A stretch of 63,626 bases of DNA, filler included, from Thraustochytrium aureum (taxonomy: Eukaryota): the NCBI GenBank assembly GCA_012862495.1. It is 5 parts of 4 records of this genome, joined end to end, with 100 filler letters (N's around TTAATTAATTAA, not from the genome) between each part and the next. Parts side by side here need not be neighbours in the genome. Positions count along the whole stretch, not along the records: positions 32,133 to 48,634 come from BLSG01000041.1; 4 more parts are not named here. One strand, 5' to 3'. Numbering within the stretch: position 1 is the stretch's first letter; every line of letters begins with the position of its first letter. The notes below the pieces were generated by a model that made no database searches, was not told where the DNA came from, and saw only the letters and a list, made by a program, of their open reading frames with translations. Of this stretch, positions 33,668 through 44,027 are shown piece after piece. Made by a program: the position numbers and the translations under genes.

Positions 33668-36433
33668 ATGGGGGTGGGCCGACCACCGACGCGCGCGAGC
33701 GCCTGGCACGAGAGAACGAAAGCGGTGTTTTGCCATGCGTGCACCAAGAAGAGTCTCCATTCCGTCGAGACCTGCGCGCTTCGCGCGCTGTGGGGCGAGC
33801 CTGGGGCCGCGGACAGCGGAGGCACCGGTGGTTGGTACCTGCGGTGCCCTGGTCACGGCACGGCGAGCGGCTGCTCCAAGTGCTTCATCGCGTCGCCAGT
33901 CGGCTACGCTATCCTGGCCGAGCACTTGCTGCGCCACGAGCACCACCCCGCTTTGAACGACGCGAGCCAGACGGAGGCGCTGAGCGACAAGGCGAGCTTT
34001 GCCCAACGCATGGAGCTCAGCGAGGCGTTTCGCTGCCACGTCGATACGCCGCAGACCCTGCCCCCGATTCCCGGCAGGGCGGGAGCAGCACCTGCGCATG
34101 TCAGCGACGACCCGCCGCCTGCGCCATACGATGTGGCGCCGTCGGTGGTCACAGAGACCGCCGCAGACCCGCAGCCCGTCATCGAGCCGGCGTGGAAGCC
34201 AGCGTGGGAGACCAGCGCAAGGCCCAGCTCCAAGTTCGAGACGAGCGAGCCGTCGCCTGTCACTGACGAGGAGGCCGATCGCCACCATCTTGATGCGGTG
34301 GAAAGAGACACCGACGACGAGAGCGTCGCTGAAGAGGACCCAGGCGAAGAAGCGGACGAGAGCACAGGCTCCGAAAACGCGCTGCTTGGAGCAAGCGACG
34401 ACGACCTGGGAGAGGATGCTCGCACGCCGCCTGTGGTCGGCGACTTTCGCACAGACTCGTCCGTGCTCGACCCGATCGAGGTTCTGCTTGCCCCCCCTGG
34501 CGCGGCCGCTGCGGCTCACGCGGCAGACGGTGGAACCAAGCGGCCGATTTCGCGGGAGCAGTTTGCAGAGCTTTGTGCCGCGCGCTGGACTGGCACTGCA
34601 GCGCAGGGCAGCAACGTCACCCAGTTGCGGGAGTTTTCGCTGGAGGAGATCGCAAGAGTTCAAACCACTCGCTGAACGCTTTCCGTGCCCTACTTGCGAA
34701 AGGCGGGAGCGCCGCTGGATTCGACAGTGCCGCTAGCAGGACGCAGCAGGCCACAATCGCAACCATTCTGCGCGATAGGAACAGGAGCCTCACAGGAAAG
34801 GACGTACAGCGCCTTATGGAGGACCCTGCGGGCGAATGGCGCGACATCTTAGCCGAAGAGCACGTCAAGGCTATGCTGCGTGAACACCCTGTCGCCAAGA
34901 CGATGCGGCGGCGGCTGCAAAAGGCCTCGGCGATGTTCGCCGGCTACACGGTGGCCTTTCAGGTGCCCTACCCTGACTCTCTCCGGGAGATTGTCACCGA
35001 GGACTGCAAGACCGTGCTTCTTCGCGACCCGATCCTCGTGGCCGACAGCCTGCNNNNNNNNNNNNNNNNNNNNNNNNNNNNNNNNNNNNNNNNNNNNNNN
35101 NNNNNNNNNNNNNNNNNNNNNNNNNNNNNNNNNNNNNNNNNNNNNNNNNNNNNNNNNNNNNNNNNNNNNNNNNNNNNNNNNNNNNNNNNNNNNNNNNNNN
35201 NNNNNNNNNNNNNNNNNNNNNNNNNNNNNNNNNNNNNNNNNNNNNNNNNNNNNNNNNNNNNNNNNNNNNNNNNNNNNNGTTTCCCATGTACGAGGAGGGC
35301 GCTCAGCTTGCCGTCACGAGTGACGGCGCGTTGTTCCTCGTCCTGTGTGGTGTGGCGGGCGCCGACTCGAGCGAGGCGTGGATGCTCACGATGCCCCAGC
35401 GCGCCGAGCCGCTCGAGCCCTGCCGTCTGTTTGGTCGCATGCCGCCCCGGTCGATGGTCCACGTGCGCATCAGCAACTCGGGCGTGCAGCTCGTCAAAGC
35501 CAGCGAGCTGCGCCCGTTGGCCACCTACCTGCTTCCCGTGACCAGCAAGGCCAAGAGCCTCGCCGGGTTCCCTCAAGGGTCGCACGGGTTTCTTCCGGAC
35601 GAGTACGCTGGCGAAATCGAGAACGGCAATGCTTTTGTGCGCAGCAGCGCTGAAATCGAGAGCGACTTCAACAACGCTCTCGTGGGGTGCGTCTTTGAGC
35701 TGTTGCCAGCAGGCCCCCATCAGAATCTGCCCTTCAGCAACGCCGGGTTCATCAAGGTCGCCGCATTCAACGCGGAGACTGGCGAGCATGTCGCATTTGG
35801 CCGCGACGACAAGATGTCCGTGCCACGCCTTGATCTCGTGGCCAAGTTTCCGCTCGAGGTCGTCGACGGGCGAACCGTCATCGCAATCCACTTGTCGGAG
35901 AGGGGCTCGGGCAGCTGGCATGGCAGAGTGCAGAGTTGAGCGATTTCGAGCCGTACTTTGCGCTGCCGACAGCCGCCTCACCACAAATACTGCGGCGCAT
36001 CGGAGTCCACTGGAACGGTTGTTGGCGCCAAGCCGTAGTGCAGCGGACGATTGGCTTGTGGGGCAGACCGGGCATGGACCGCCTGTTCATTGCGGACCCT
36101 TTCATGCCGGCCGGCGGCCTCCCGCTCGTGGTTTCCCCAAACGACGAGATCTCGGTGCCTGTTGGCCCAAGCCTTCATGGCACCTTTTACAATTACACGA
36201 ATGGGCTGCATGCGCTGCATTGGAAGCACGGTGACCACTTTGACGCCGCGAGCGCTCGAATCGACCGTCGCGACTCTCAAGCGCTCTCGGAATGGACACG
36301 ACGGGCGACGCGCAGCCGCGCCGAAAGCGAAGCCGGGCACAGGAGCCAGATGAATCCGATTGAAGCATTTTTTAAATCAAGCGCTTTCCACGATTACTTG
36401 TCCATTCGACACAGGCGCCCGATAGCTCCCTAG
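33668..36433 (+). CDS. Large frameshifted hypothetical protein with N-terminal Cys/His zinc motifs; possible degenerate Plavaka/CMC-like transposase
   Basis: Chain of ORFs 33635-34675, 34573-gap, 35286-35939 and 35936-36433. Contains CHAC, CPGH…CSKC…HLLRHEH and an acidic linker, then LRDPILVADSL, YAGEIENG, GGLPLVVSPND…SLHGTFYNYTN and AFHDYLS. Family assignment is by eye only. Confidence 0.4.
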
Positions 36434-38382
36434 GCAGCAGCACCAGCCGCCGCGGCAGCCAGCCGCGCGCCGAGGACTCGGAGGTCAAGCACGCCCGCAG
36501 AACTCTATCGCAGAACCGGCTTAAGGCCGGACACACGAGTGGGTTGTAAGGTAGAGGAAGAAGAACCAGAGTCCAAAGAAACCGCAGCGGACAAAGACAA
36601 CCCGAAGAACAAGGTGAAGCAAACAATTACAAAACCCCGCGCAAACCCGCAGATGCGTCGGACAAAGCCCCAGCACATCTCCAAGGTGACGACCGNNNNN
36701 NNNNNNNNNNNNNNNNNNNNNNNNNNNNNNNNNNNNNNNNNNNNNNNNNNNNNNNNNNNNNNNNNNNNNNNNNNNNNNNNNNNNNNNNNNNNNNNNNNNN
36801 NNNNNNNNNNNNNNNNNNNNNNNNNNNNNNNNNNNNNNNNNNNNNNNNNNNNNNNNNNNNNNNNNNNNNNNNNNNNNNNNNNNNNNNNNNNNNNNNNNNN
36901 NNNNNNNNNNNNNNNNNNNNNNNNNNNNNNNNNNNNNNNNNNNNNNNNNNNNNNNNNNNNNNNNNNNNNNNNNNNNNNNNNNNNNNNNNNNNNNGTAGGA
37001 CAGAGGTCGACCAGGTCGGCCAATTCAATTTTTTGCTCCGTGAGGGGCGGTGCACAGCAAACTTTCGACTTTGGCCCGCCGTCGGGAGAGCACAGTCGGA
37101 GGAAAACCACCTGCAGCGGGCCGCGAGGAGGCGCTGCTGCGCGCCTCAAGAGCCGCCGTTCCAAGCGCGCTCACGGCCTCTCTGGCCCGCGGCTCTTGAG
37201 CTGCACGGGCCGCCGTCGCCGGAAGGGAATCTAGCCACCGCCCGGCGCCGCGAGCAGGCGAGCGAGCAGGCGGGCCGGCGGCGGTGGATTGGTTTGTGTG
37301 CGCTGGCTGCGCTGCGGGGCGCACGGAGATGCGAGGCAGGCAGGCCAGGCCTCGAGCGCGCTGTGTTGCGCCTGCTCGGACGACGCTTTGGCTTGACAGG
37401 TTGTCGTGCAGGGCGGCGACGTGTCCGGCGGCCGGCGGTGAAGGGGAGCGCTGGCGCAGCCAAGTGCACAGTGGTGATGAGTCATTGATGACTTTATTCG
37501 TCCTTCGGCACGAGGTCTTTCCATCGGCTGGGATGGAGCTGACAGCGCCGCGCGCTTTTCGTTGGGGATCCCGACCGACGGCGCTCTTTTGCCTGCGCCG
37601 GAATGCCAACTTGAACGGCAACGCATCATCATCGTAGCCAGTCCGAGTCAGGCGGCCTGGGAGTTAGTTATTCATTGACGGCCAGCCTGACGAGCGTCCT
37701 TGCAGAGCGTCCTTGCACTGGCAGAGCGCGCGTCCTTGCTTGCAGAGCGGCGCAGTGGGCGCCCCAGCTCGTTCACGTACGGCTTTCTTCGCGCCTCCAC
37801 GAGGCCAGATTCGAGCACTGGCTGCATCAGGCAGGCAGCGTGCATTCTTGGCTGGTTTGTTTGACAGGCAGGTGCGGGAGATACCTACTCTACCAGTACT
37901 GTCGTGGGGGCGACGCGGGAGATTCGAGGGAGCGTGCATCGAAATGCCGACGGCGCAAGTAAAAAAACACTCGAGCCCCGATCGCTGCCGCGAACTGGGT
38001 GGGTTGTGATACGTTAGCCAGCGCTGTCTCGCACTCACATGGCAAGCCCTCAAGGACCAAGATTCTCGCGCCCCAGGCCCCGAATCCAGCTGCCGAGTCG
38101 ACATCTCCAAATGAGTACGCGCTCTGTTCCTTGTTCGCGATCGCTGTCTGTTCTTCCAACGAACGAAGAAGAGCTCACTGGGCGTCTATTGAGTTCAAGA
38201 GCCGGCTGGTCGACTTCACAATCGATTACTAGTAGTCAAGAAACGACTCGTTCGTTTGGTTTGGATTTGGTTTCGGTGTTTGGCCAGCCAGCCTCGGGTT
38301 GGATGTCATCGCGAAAGAGGCAACCATGAGCAGAGCCCGCTCGAGCTGGCAGGCTGGCCCGGCGGGTTGGTTCGAGTAGGCG

Positions 38383-38847
38383 ATGAACGAGCCGCTCGTG
38401 GAGCCGCGAGGGCGGCCGGCGCCCCCGGACCGCGCCGCCTCCGTCGCGATCGGGCTCGCCGCACTTGCCTCTGGGGCGACCGGGGTCGCGCCGAGCAACA
38501 CGCCGGCGGAAATACACTGGCAGTTTGCAAGGACGGAGCTCGCTAACGAGCGCACGTTTCTGGCGTGGGTGCGCACGGCGCTGTCCTTGTTCGGCATCGG
38601 TTTTGGCATTCTCAAAGTCGAGCAGGCCGGCAAGCCCGACGGGCTCGCTTGGTACGACACCGTGGTCGGCTTTGGGTTTCTCGGGTGCGCCGTGCTTGCG
38701 CTGGCGGTGGGCGTGCAGCGCTACTCTGCGACCAACCAGGGCCTCGCGGAGAGCTTGGGCGTGATCAAGTCGTTTGAGCGAGTCGACATGCGGCTCATGT
38801 TTTTACCCTTTCAGCTGTCTTTACGGCCGCTGTTGCGCGCACAGTAG
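38383..38847 (+). CDS. DUF202 (YidH/Vtc1-like) small membrane protein
   Basis: ARTELANERTFLAWVRTALSLFGIGFGI is the DUF202 signature. A second TM reads VVGFGFLGCAVLALAVGVQRY. Confidence 0.85.
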   Translation: MNEPLVEPRGRPAPPDRAASVAIGLAALASGATGVAPSNTPAEIHWQFARTELANERTFLAWVRTALSLFGIGFGILKVEQAGKPDGLAWYDTVVGFGFLGCAVLALAVGVQRYSATNQGLAESLGVIKSFERVDMRLMFLPFQLSLRPLLRAQ

Positions 38848-39876
38848 CGTGCCTCATCGACTCGCCTGCTGAGAGCGACTAGACTTTGTGCCGCTCGCGC
38901 GAAGCCAAACCTCGCAAGTTGGCCGCCGCTTTCGTTCGTGAAGGCCCCACCTGGACTCTAGCTCCAGAGACGAACCACACCAGCGCAGCAACGGAACGGA
39001 AATTTGAATTCCCTTATGCGAAGAAGAGTCGCGCAAGCCCCTGGCCAGGCAAAAGTTGGCTTTGGGGCAGGCCGACGCGTTGATGAATTGCGCGACACCA
39101 TTTCCGCCATCGCCTCTGGAAGCGCATTTACGGCGAGGGTCGCTCGCACTTCGAGCCCTGCTGCTCGCGGCCTCAGCCCAGCAGCGCCCACTGCTGCTTC
39201 CGGCGATACAGCGGCGCTCGCGTCACGGGCCGCGCTAGCCCTGGCTCTTGCCGCGCGCTGGAGCAAGCCAGAGTCAGTTCGACGCCACCCACCCGCATGC
39301 CAAAAGACCTCGTTCAAGTGCGTCTGCGCCAATAGTCCCCGCAGCAATGCGCTCTGCTTGATCGCGCCCGCCTGACGAGCGCTCCGCCGGCGCGCGCCCA
39401 GCAGCGGCCACGGCGTCCTCTCCAGCCCACCTTGGGGACGGAGGAAGGACGCAGGACTGACCCTTTTCCCCAACGCGCGCCGAGACGGTTGGCCGCAAGC
39501 CAGCCAGCCAGCCAGCCAGCCAGCCCGCCAGCCGCCCGCCAGCCAGCCAGCCCGCCCGCCCGCCAGAGCCAGGAGCAGGGCTCCTCGCGTTGCCGCGCAT
39601 TGCGCCCGCCGCCTGAGCGCGGCGGCAGACCTGCAGCAGAGCTGGCCAGCCGACCTCGNNNNNNNNNNNNNNNNNNNNNNNNNNNNNNNNNNNNNNNNNN
39701 NNNNNNNNNNNNNNNNNNNNNNNNNNNNNNNNNNNNNNNNNNNNNNNNNNNNNNNNNNNNNNNNNNNNNNNNNNNNNNNNNNNNNNNNNNNNNNNNNNNN
39801 NNNNNNNNNNNNNNNNNNNNNNNNNNNNNNNNNNNCTCTCGCGGAGCGCAGCCCGTGCCACAGCCCGGCGCCGGGG

Positions 39877-41112
39877 ATGGCGCTTCCCGCTGCCCGCGAG
39901 CTCTGCAGCCTTGGCGGCGCCTACGCAACGTGGATTCGCGCAAACGAGAGACTTCTGGCACCGATCGCGAGCGAGGCGGGCGGTGGAGCGAGGCTCAACG
40001 TCGCTCTGCTCGGGTGTACCGTTCGTGAGAGCGCCGCGCTCCTTGGGGCGCTGGGGGAGGTCGTCGGCCCGACCTGTGCGTGCCTCGTCGCCCCGCTTGG
40101 CGACGCCAGTGGTCCGTACAGGTTTTGCCACGAGAGGTTGAAGGCCGCCGAGGATGCCAAGAGCGTGGCTGCGGACTTGCGCGGCGCGCTGAGCGCGGGG
40201 GGCGTGCAAGGCATCAACGTAGAGGCGGACGTGAGCGGGTGGCACGTTCGCAACCTCAAGGAAGGCGAGCACGACTTGGTCATTTTTGGACCGCTCGCAT
40301 TCGGCGTACTCAACGAAGGCCGGGGGGCCTTCGACGCTGCTACGCGCGCAGAAATGGTCCGAGAGGCTCTTGCCAAGACCCGCGCCGACACTGGAAGGGT
40401 TCTCTTCAGCACGCGGCAAGTGACGCCGTGGCAAGAGGAGCTCTATCAAGGCACGTTCGATGCGCTCGGGGGCGCCCTGGAGGCAAGCCTCAAGCTCTTG
40501 GCTGCCGATTCCGCGCCGCTGTTTTTTCGTCGGTTCGACCTCCGGGCCGACCTGGAAATTGAAGCTAGCCAGCCTTCTCTCTTGGCCTCCCTTCTCTCCA
40601 TTGGGAGTTACAACCGGTGCGCGCTGGAGGGCGGCGCGAGCAGCGACCGCTCCTCGCTCTTTCGGTCGCTCGAGCAACACGGGCGCCCAGGGGCCGCAGC
40701 AGGGTTTACGCTTTTGGAGGAGCGTGCCTCGCTCTACGTGGCAGCGCGCGAGGCACTGGGCAGTGCAGTAGAGGATGCTGCGCAAGACACTGCCCGCAAC
40801 CAAGCTGCGCCTGGAGGCCTCGGCGGGGGCGGCGCTGACGGCGACGCAGCGCCCTCCGGAGACATGTGGTGGCCGCAAGGTCGCGAGGGGGACTTTTTCA
40901 ACGTGGGGTTTAGTATTTGGCAGCGCCAGCGGGCAGAGTGGCGTCGGGCACGGGACGACGTCGATCCCCCACAGGCGGCGCCTGTGCCTTACGAGGAAGT
41001 CATTGCTGGCCTCGCAAGCTTGCGGCGAACCTATGAGCTCCCGCACCCGATCCGGCTCCCTGACCTCATTGATATTTATCTGGACATTTGGGAGTCGCAG
41101 GACGGCTACTAG
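39877..41112 (+). CDS. DUF4050 (Gag1-like clamp) domain protein with long N-terminal extension; start may lie in upstream gap
   Basis: C-terminal FNVGFSIWQRQRAEW…PYEEVI…ELPHPIRLPDLIDIYLDIWE matches DUF4050. Confidence 0.75.
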   Translation: MALPAARELCSLGGAYATWIRANERLLAPIASEAGGGARLNVALLGCTVRESAALLGALGEVVGPTCACLVAPLGDASGPYRFCHERLKAAEDAKSVAADLRGALSAGGVQGINVEADVSGWHVRNLKEGEHDLVIFGPLAFGVLNEGRGAFDAATRAEMVREALAKTRADTGRVLFSTRQVTPWQEELYQGTFDALGGALEASLKLLAADSAPLFFRRFDLRADLEIEASQPSLLASLLSIGSYNRCALEGGASSDRSSLFRSLEQHGRPGAAAGFTLLEERASLYVAAREALGSAVEDAAQDTARNQAAPGGLGGGGADGDAAPSGDMWWPQGREGDFFNVGFSIWQRQRAEWRRARDDVDPPQAAPVPYEEVIAGLASLRRTYELPHPIRLPDLIDIYLDIWESQDGY

Positions 41113-41503
41113 ACTTCGTCGGGGGCATCCGAGCTCGACGGGCCGAGCGCCTCGGCGACACGCCGTTCAATGCAAAGCGCAACACCATGTTATCTTCTGC
41201 GGCCTGGCCAATCTGCTTTGCTTGCCCGCCTCCGCCCACGCTTGCCTTGCCTCTGCATCAATTCATCAATTTCGATTCGATTCCTATCTCATCGTATGTG
41301 CGGTTTTTTGGTAAGGTACACTACACGAGAAGGCCGTCCATCGCGGCAAGCCCCCCACCTTGCGAAGCCGCCAGGGCGATGAGCAGCATGCGATGCGGCA
41401 GGCAGGCAGACCCGCGGACGGTCCCGAGGCGGTCTGTCCGTTCCGCCCCAACCAACCGCCAAGGCAAACAAACGCTTTCCCACGAACGCGCTCAGCAGTC
41501 CCA

Positions 41504-42312
41504 TCACAGGATGATGCAGGTCTCGTCCCGCTCTTCCTCGAGCAAGCCCGACTCGCGCTCAGACTCCACCAGCAAGGAGGAAAACACTTCGCTGACGTGC
41601 CAGTTTGTCTTTGCAGAGCACTCGACAAACGGGTAACCCCATTGGTTGGCTAAAGCGCGCCCCTCCTTGCTGAGGACCTCGCGGTACTCTTCCAAGTCGT
41701 TCTTGGTCGCAACGAGCACCATCGGAACCGTGGCGCCGCCGATAACGTTCAGCACCTTTTCGTGGATGAGCTTGACGTTCTCAAACGAGGTTCGGGACAC
41801 CGCGCTGTAAACGAGCAAGTACCCGTGGACGCCCACGGAGGCCTGCCGGGACAAGCTGGAGTACTCGTCCTGCGCGGACGTGTCGAGGATGTCGCAGACG
41901 AACCGCACGTTGCCGCGGGCCAGGATCGTCCGATAAGTGTACTCGATCGTCGGCTCGTACGCGTCGAGGAACTGGTTGTCCACGAACCTCGCGATCAGCG
42001 CCGACTTGCCCACGCCGCGAAACCCCAGGACCACCAGCTTGCGCTGCACCTCCACGGCGAGCAGCCGTTCTTCGCTCAGCCTCAGCGCGCTGGGCGCCCG
42101 CGCGCCCCTTGCACCGCTCCTCCCGTCAGCCAGCCCTCCAGCCTCACTTCCAGCCTCTCCCTCACCCGTCTCCGCCGCGCCTCCGCAACTCACCCTGGCA
42201 CGCCGCCGTTCCGCGCCGCCGCAGCGCCCTCGCTCTCGTCGCCAAACCCGTCGTACGGGCAGCAGCACCCGACGCCGCCCGTCGGGCACAGCACGCTGCC
42301 CGCCGCGCCCAT
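41504..42312 (-). CDS. RHEB: Rheb-like small GTPase, two exons (42312-42194, 42089-41504), N-terminal acylation motifs and C-terminal CIIL
   Basis: G1 GFRGVGKS with the Rheb-typical Arg, effector YEPTIE, G3 DTSAQ, G4 TKND, G5 SAK and CaaX CIIL. Exon 1 encodes MGAAGSVLCPTGGVGCCCPY…. Confidence 0.88.
42090..42193 (-). other. Spliceosomal intron in Rheb-like gene
   Basis: Minus-strand GTGAGT donor, GCTGAC branch-like motif and CCCAG acceptor. The phase-2 join gives …NGGVPG-ALRLSEERLL in frame. Confidence 0.8.
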
Positions 42313-42399
42313 CCCCACCGCCGTCCCGATGCCCTTCTGCCCCTTCCTCCCTTCCTCCCTGCAGACCCCCAACGCGCGGCAGCACAGCACAGACCAACC

Positions 42400-42668
42400 A
42401 GGCAGGCAGGCACGCAGGCACGCAGGCAGGCAGCCGGGCAGGCAGACCCCGGAGGAGCAGCAGGAGTACCGCGCAGGGCAGCAGACAAGGCAGGCAGGCA
42501 GGCAGGAAGGCTGGCAGGAAGGAAGGCAGGAAGGAAGGAAGGCAGGCAAGTCGCTGGAGGTCTCAAGAGGCTCGAGCGACGCGCTGCGAGTGAAGCGCTG
42601 CTGCGAGTGAAGCGCTGCTGCGAGAGAAGCGCTGCTGCGAGAGAAGCGCTGCTGCGCGTGAAGAGCTG
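42400..42668. repeat. (GGCA)/(GGAA) microsatellite tract and 17-bp minisatellite (GAAGCGCTGCTGCGAGW, about 5 copies)
   Basis: Read directly, upstream of the Rheb-like start. Confidence 0.9.
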
Positions 42669-44027
42669 CCAGTGCTCGAGTTGGTGTTGGTCGCGCGAGT
42701 GCGTTGCTTTTGAGGAGTTGTTTTTCGAGAAGCGCTGGGGCTGGTGGTTCGATTCCTTCGCGAAGCGCCGGGCTGCTCGGCGCCGAAGCGCTTGGGCTGC
42801 TTCGCGCTGGGAGACAGCAGAACGGTATCGCCAGCGCTGCTCGTTCGCAGGGTTGGTGCGCACGTGGCTGGGGCTCGTGGGTCGGAACTGGGCTCGTGAA
42901 GCGGTGCCCGCCGGCAGCAGAGCCGGCGGGCAGGCCATGGTTGGGAAGCGGCGACTTGGGTCTCGTGAGAGCGGATGGCGGCCCAGGATGCCTCGGTCGT
43001 GCCGAGCGCCCGCGATGACTTTGCCGCGCAGTTGTTGACGATGCTGCGCGCATACCGGCGCATCGCTTGCCTCGTTGCCCATCTACGCCGGCGCGAAGAC
43101 GCCGGCCTGCAGAGTGGCCTCGGTAGCGCGCTCGTGCCGCAGCCGGGGACGCGAGCGCATGACGAGTGGATGGCCACGCTCGAGCGTCAGCCTGCCAACT
43201 CGGAAGGAATGCGCGTCGTCCGGGAATGGGCTCGGTGCTTTTATTCGTCCGGGCCGGCTGTGAAGCGCGCCTTGCGGCGCTTTCTCGTCCTTTCTGCGCA
43301 CCTGTCTGCGCCGAGCTACATTCACGGCACTCAGCCGATCTGTTGATGTTGTGAATTCGGCAGGGGCCCCTGCCGGGGGCGCCGACGTCAACGTGGCCTG
43401 TATATTTTTTTTCGCCAGCTCACCTCGCCATGGGCGTTTGCTCTGGCTTGCGTCGGGCTCCCCTCGTCCCTGATGCACACAGAGCGACAACCAAGAATCG
43501 CTGTGGGACGCGGAAGGTTCATCTTGCGCCTGGACTCGAGCAGGAGTACGCGAGCTCGAGTTCGCCGCGCTGGCCACACGAGGGAAGCTGTACTTTCGTC
43601 TCCTCGCGGGACTGTACACATTTCAATCAAAAGGCGTTTGTTTTCTCCTTCGCCTTCGCGTTGTTGCACTGTTGAACGCTCATGAACCTTGCCATAAACG
43701 GCAGCTGGGTGACGCAGGCACGATGCGGCCCCCCGCCGCTGATCAGGTTCAGAGAGCAGTTTCCTCGAGTCGGGCTTTCGACAGGTTGCGCNNNNNNNNN
43801 NNNNNNNNNNNNNNNNNNNNNNNNNNNNNNNNNNNNNNNNNNNNNNNNNNNNNNNNNNNNNNNNNNNNNNNNNNNNNNNNNNNNNNNNNNNNNNNNNNNN
43901 NNNNNNNNNNNNNNNNNNNNNNNNNNGACGAGAACGGTGGACTGATCGATTCGAATTCGCTTGTTTTCCCTACCGCCGCTCACACTCTCTCATCAGACTG
44001 CCGCTTCGGTCGCGATCGAGTGCTCGC

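Noticed and set aside
9502..38847. PhoD plus DUF202/Vtc1-like gene as a phosphate-metabolism cluster
   Set aside because: They lie on different scaffolds separated by artificial spacers.
39274..41046. 590-aa antisense ORF and similar shadow ORFs opposite real genes
   Set aside because: Expected in GC-rich coding DNA. No motifs, and the opposite strand carries the recognisable domain.
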